DNA of 64,000 nucleotides, taken from positions 480,001 to 544,000 of the forward strand of contig CAXWPL010000004.1 in assembly GCA_963666215.2 (NCBI GenBank). The letters run 5' to 3'. The notes beneath the pieces were generated by a model that saw only the letters and a list, made by a program, of their open reading frames with translations, was not told the origin of the DNA and did no database searches. This stretch comes from Acidobacteriota bacterium. Its GTDB lineage: Bacteria; Acidobacteriota; UBA890; WLXD01. The translations under genes and the position numbers were made by a program. How positions within the stretch are numbered: the first letter of the stretch is position 1; every line of letters starts with the position of its first letter. Shown in pieces: positions 61,301-64,000 of the stretch.

Positions 61301-61625
61301 CAACAACCTGGCCACCGAGGCGGCAGCGCTGGCCGAGCCGCTGGCCGATCTGCGCGGACGCATTGTCCGCGCCACACCGAACTTCGGCTACCGCTCCGGA
61401 GCCAGGCTGCTGGAAAAGATCCGCCAGCTGCGCTCAGGTGGCGGCAACTTCCGGGGCATCGAGGGAGCGCTGATGCGACCGACCGACGCCCAGACGCACT
61501 GGATGGGTCGATACGACGAAGAGCTCACGACGATCGAGGCCGAGCTTGCGGCCCTTATCGACTCGCGCGTGATGCCACTCGACGTTCGCCTCAACGAGGC
61601 GGGATTGGGGCACCTCATCCGCTAG
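58344..61625 (+). CDS. VPS10/sortilin-like BNR-repeat beta-propeller protein, intact
   Basis: Signal peptide, WRSIGPAIMGGR, multiple SxDxGxxW boxes, GGLQDN, RFNWNSP, HPRDNDLIIGTHGRS. Confidence 0.9.
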   Translation: MRWCARSRPALCSSIALILLPLLTLLSSVPPAIATSASAQTRSDSSLAADALGGLRWRSIGPAIMGGRTVDIAGIPGDPSTVYMATASGGLFKTNNNGTTWRSVFESGGTLSLGAVAVAPSDPNVVYIGTGENNPRNSASIGNGVYRSDDAGETWRHLGLENTEKTGRIRVHPTDPDTVYVAALGHEWGANEERGVYRSRDGGASWDRVLFVNADTGAADLAMDPGNPRILYAGMYDFRRQPWSFRSGGPGSGLYRSSDGGDSWTRLTDDALGNGLPTGVLGRIGVAVAPSDASVVYAIIEAERGVMWRSDDRGRSWRMVTEDKTVHSRPFYFSDIRVDPQNENRVYLLEGRLQVTEDAGATWRPTAQTVHGDHQSLWIDPQDPRRLINGNDGGWAFSYDRGATWEFVNSIPIGQFYQISADMRDPYDVCGGLQDNHVWCGPSNSLTTLGILNGHWERIHPGGDGYYVQADPDNPDLVYTNSHYGNIVTFDRSNGHTRAIHPYPVNLRGAAAGEHPFRFNWNSPIQMSPHDSQTVYFGSNVLFGTRDGGQSWAELSPDLSTNDPEKIQTSGGPITPDNTSAEYHSTIITIAESPLTPGVIWTGTDDGNVQITRDGGSSWTNVAGNITGLPQAAWISRVEASHHQPGTAYISVDQHRLDDRTPYVFKTADYGRTWTSIAGDLPPKHYVHVVREDPRNPELLYVGTELGIFASFSGGGEWTSLRRNLPPVAVRDMLIHPRDNDLIIGTHGRSAWILDDLTPLQDLTDAMAADAWLFEPPLATRWVIWNKDHSGYPGQRWLGDQTFYGEDPPYGASISYYLSAEQAARLAVPEPASSASPATGGDGESYSAGIPKAEIKIAIRDLDGNTVRTFSGPAEPGINRAVWDLRHDPLPAPEGTAAIGFGEAGAPLALAGTYSVGLELDGTGRRSASFEVRIDPRVEVSDADLLELHNAVTRLTQMEGRAMDALQTIELLSERLATVGERLTDNNNLATEAAALAEPLADLRGRIVRATPNFGYRSGARLLEKIRQLRSGGGNFRGIEGALMRPTDAQTHWMGRYDEELTTIEAELAALIDSRVMPLDVRLNEAGLGHLIR

Positions 61626-61636
61626 ACAGCGCCTAG

Positions 61637-62681
61637 TTGTGTTTTCTAAGTAGGTTGTTCACATCGGGGCTCACTTCTGAGATCAATGGGGTTGTTCAAA
61701 AGACTCCACGACCTCAGAAGGAGCGCCCGATGCAGCTGCATGGTAACGCCCGCACGACGCCGTATATACGCCGAGAGATGGTCCGCCGAGTCCGGGAGCG
61801 GGCGGAGCCCGTGACGGAAACGGCGGCGGCGCTCGGCGTGTCGGCTCGAACGGTTTACAAGTGGCTGGATAGATACGAGCGAGAAGGTGAGGCCGGGCTG
61901 CTCGATCGATCAAGCCGGCCGACGTGCTGTCCGCACGCAACAAGCGCTGGAGTTGTGAGGCAGATCGACAAGCTACGTCGGCGGCGACTGACGGCCTGGC
62001 AGATCAGCCGAAGGTTGGCTGTGCCGCGCTCGACCGTCTCGGCGTGGCTGAAGCGGCTCGGACTCGCCAAGCTTGATGCGCTCGAGCCCAAGCCCGAGAT
62101 CGTTCGCTACGAGTACGAGCACCCCGGTGACCTACTGCACCTGGATACGAAGAAACTGGCCCGTATCCGGCGACCTGGACACCGCATCCACGGCGACCGC
62201 TCCAAGCGGGCCTACGGCGTCGGCTGGGAGAACGCCCACGTCGCTATCGACGATCACTCTCGGGTGGCGTACGTCGAAGTGCTGCCCGCCGAAGACCAAC
62301 ACACCTGCACAGCGTTCCTGCAGCGAGCCGTCGAGCACTTCGCTTCGATGGGAGTAGCGGTGCGCCGAGTGATGACAGACAACGGGCCTGGCTACGTCTC
62401 GAAGCGCTTCAATCGCCTATGCCATCAACTCGAGATCCGGCACATTTACACCCGGCCCTACACCCCCAGAACCAACGGCAAAGCCGAACGCTTCATCCGC
62501 ACACTCAAGGAGCAGTGGGCCTACGGCACCTGCTACCAGACCTCAGCTCGACGTACTCGAGCTCTACGGCCCTGGCTCAACCACTACAATCGTCACCGTC
62601 CCCACGCCGGCATCGGCATGACACCGCCGATCGCTCGGCTCTCAGGGGTGAGTTCGTGAACAACCTACCTAGAACTCACAA
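61637..62681 (+). mobile_element. IS481-family insertion sequence
   Basis: TIRs TTGTGTTTTCTAAGTAGGTTGTTCAC versus TTGTGAGTTCTAGGTAGGTTGTTCAC (reverse complement of the right end); CTAG flanks both ends. Confidence 0.93.
61730..62659 (+). CDS. IS481-family DDE transposase
   Basis: MQLHGNARTTP, HTH, LHLDTKKL, MTDNG, TPRTNGKAERF, HYNRHRPH. Confidence 0.95.
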   Translation: MQLHGNARTTPYIRREMVRRVRERAEPVTETAAALGVSARTVYKWLDRYEREGEAGLLDRSSRPTCCPHATSAGVVRQIDKLRRRRLTAWQISRRLAVPRSTVSAWLKRLGLAKLDALEPKPEIVRYEYEHPGDLLHLDTKKLARIRRPGHRIHGDRSKRAYGVGWENAHVAIDDHSRVAYVEVLPAEDQHTCTAFLQRAVEHFASMGVAVRRVMTDNGPGYVSKRFNRLCHQLEIRHIYTRPYTPRTNGKAERFIRTLKEQWAYGTCYQTSARRTRALRPWLNHYNRHRPHAGIGMTPPIARLSGVSS

Positions 62682-64000
62682 CTAGTCGGCCCGCATCGTT
62701 GTGACGGGATCGGTGCGCGCGGCGCAGCAGGCCGGCACCAGGCAAGCAGACATCGCGACGACAACCAGCAGACTCGCGCCTCCGAGGTACACCAGCGGGT
62801 CGGCGGCGGAAACTCCGTAGAGCAACGACGAGAGCACGCGCATCAGCCCGAGCGCCGCGCCGCCGCCGAGCAGCAAGCCAAGACCCACCAGCACCATGCC
62901 GCGACGCATCACCATCGCCAGCACGTCAACGCCTCGGGCGCCGAGAGCCATGCGAATGCCCAGGTCGCGGGCCTGCCGAGTAACGGTGAAGTTCATCACC
63001 CCGAAGACGCCGATGGCCGCGATGACCATCGCCATACCCGAAAACAGGGCGAGCAACCGTACGTTCGAGCGTGGCTGCTCCACCGACGCCGACATGATCT
63101 CGGCCAACGGATCGGCACTGTAGACCGTCTGCTCGGGATCGACGGCGAAGACCGCCTGGCGCATCGCGCTCGCCAGTCCGTCGAGCCCGTCGGCCGCGGT
63201 CGCAGACCGCTCGCCGCGAACCACGAAGGCGGTAAACGCGAAGGTAGCCTGGTGGTAGGACATGTAGATCTCGGGGAAGGGCTCACGCTCGTAGCCATAG
63301 TGACGAACGTCGCCGACAACTCCGACGATCGTGATCCAGTCCTCCTCCTCCGTCTCGTCGGGAGCGTCGAAGCTGATCCGGCGGCCAAGCGGATCGCCGT
63401 CGAAGTAGCGTTCCGCGAAGGTCTCGTTGACGACGCCGACCTGCGCGCTGTCGTGTGTGTCGGTGGTGGCGATGGTGCGGCCCGTGTGCAACGGAATGCC
63501 CATCGTGCGGAAGTAATCCGCGCTCGCCGCCTGAAAGATCATGCGGTTCTCTTCGTTGGGCGCAGGCAGGGGTTCTCCTTCCTTGTAGAAGGAGAATCGT
63601 GCTGTGGTGCCGCTGAACGGCACTCCGAGGACCGCACCCACCGATGTCACGCCCGGAATCGCGGCGGCCCCCTCGAGAACCGCGTCGTAGAAGGCCACCT
63701 TGCTGGCGTCGTCGGGGTACTTCGTTTCGGGGAGCGCCAGCGTGACTGCCAGCACGCCGGCGGGCTCGAAGCCGGCCTCGTTGCTCATCAGGGCGACAAA
63801 GCTACGGGTCATGAGGCCCGCTCCTACCACGAGCACGAGGGCGAGCGCCAACTCCACGACCACGAGCGCGTCGCGGGTGCGGCCGCTACGGTCGCCACCT
63901 CGGGTGCCCTTCAACGAAGCTACCGGATCCCGGCTCGACCGCAGAGCGGGCGCCAGGCCGAACAGCAGCCCCGTAGTCATCGTCGCGAGCAGTGTGAACC
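62682..64000 (-). CDS. ADOP-type ABC permease, C-terminal half (runs off the window end)
   Basis: [43 protein letters not shown]. Confidence 0.9.
   Translation of the reverse strand, partial: FTLLATMTTGLLFGLAPALRSSRDPVASLKGTRGGDRSGRTRDALVVVELALALVLVVGAGLMTRSFVALMSNEAGFEPAGVLAVTLALPETKYPDDASKVAFYDAVLEGAAAIPGVTSVGAVLGVPFSGTTARFSFYKEGEPLPAPNEENRMIFQAASADYFRTMGIPLHTGRTIATTDTHDSAQVGVVNETFAERYFDGDPLGRRISFDAPDETEEEDWITIVGVVGDVRHYGYEREPFPEIYMSYHQATFAFTAFVVRGERSATAADGLDGLASAMRQAVFAVDPEQTVYSADPLAEIMSASVEQPRSNVRLLALFSGMAMVIAAIGVFGVMNFTVTRQARDLGIRMALGARGVDVLAMVMRRGMVLVGLGLLLGGGAALGLMRVLSSLLYGVSAADPLVYLGGASLLVVVAMSACLVPACCAARTDPVTTMRAD

Noticed and set aside
1-64000. Genome-wide TAG recoding
   Set aside because: Many clearly complete genes end at TAG at their natural C-termini, so the two internal TAGs are better explained as mutations or errors

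Overview
GC-rich bacterial DNA, most likely Acidobacteriota (inference: seven ADOP-type 'duplicated orphan' ABC permease genes or remnants, three PadR regulators paired with them, a quinoprotein lacking the vicinal Cys-Cys, two VPS10/BNR propeller proteins). The window holds peptide/amino-acid scavenging and core metabolic genes (acyl-CoA dehydrogenase, M1/M19/M28 peptidases, YfcC, GATase, NhaP, AlaX, ThDP enzyme plus aldehyde dehydrogenase, kbl, acetoacetate-CoA ligase), three PIN-type toxin-antitoxin pairs, a BlaI/M56 pair and one intact IS481-family element. I saw no rRNA, tRNA or CRISPR array. The best candidates for new biology are: (1) three PadR-ADOP modules, each with a different palindromic operator and a different N-terminal permease extension, and no ABC ATPase in the window; (2) a BlaI/BlaR1-like system whose sensor region is two charge-complementary repeat arrays instead of a beta-lactam-binding domain; (3) a 77-aa HNH-like protein sharing a CTAG stop with a dCMP deaminase; (4) a possible 2-oxoglutarate decarboxylase shunt. 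About a dozen genes carry stops, frameshifts or deletions, which reflects either genome decay or assembly error. All family calls come from motif recognition, not database searches.
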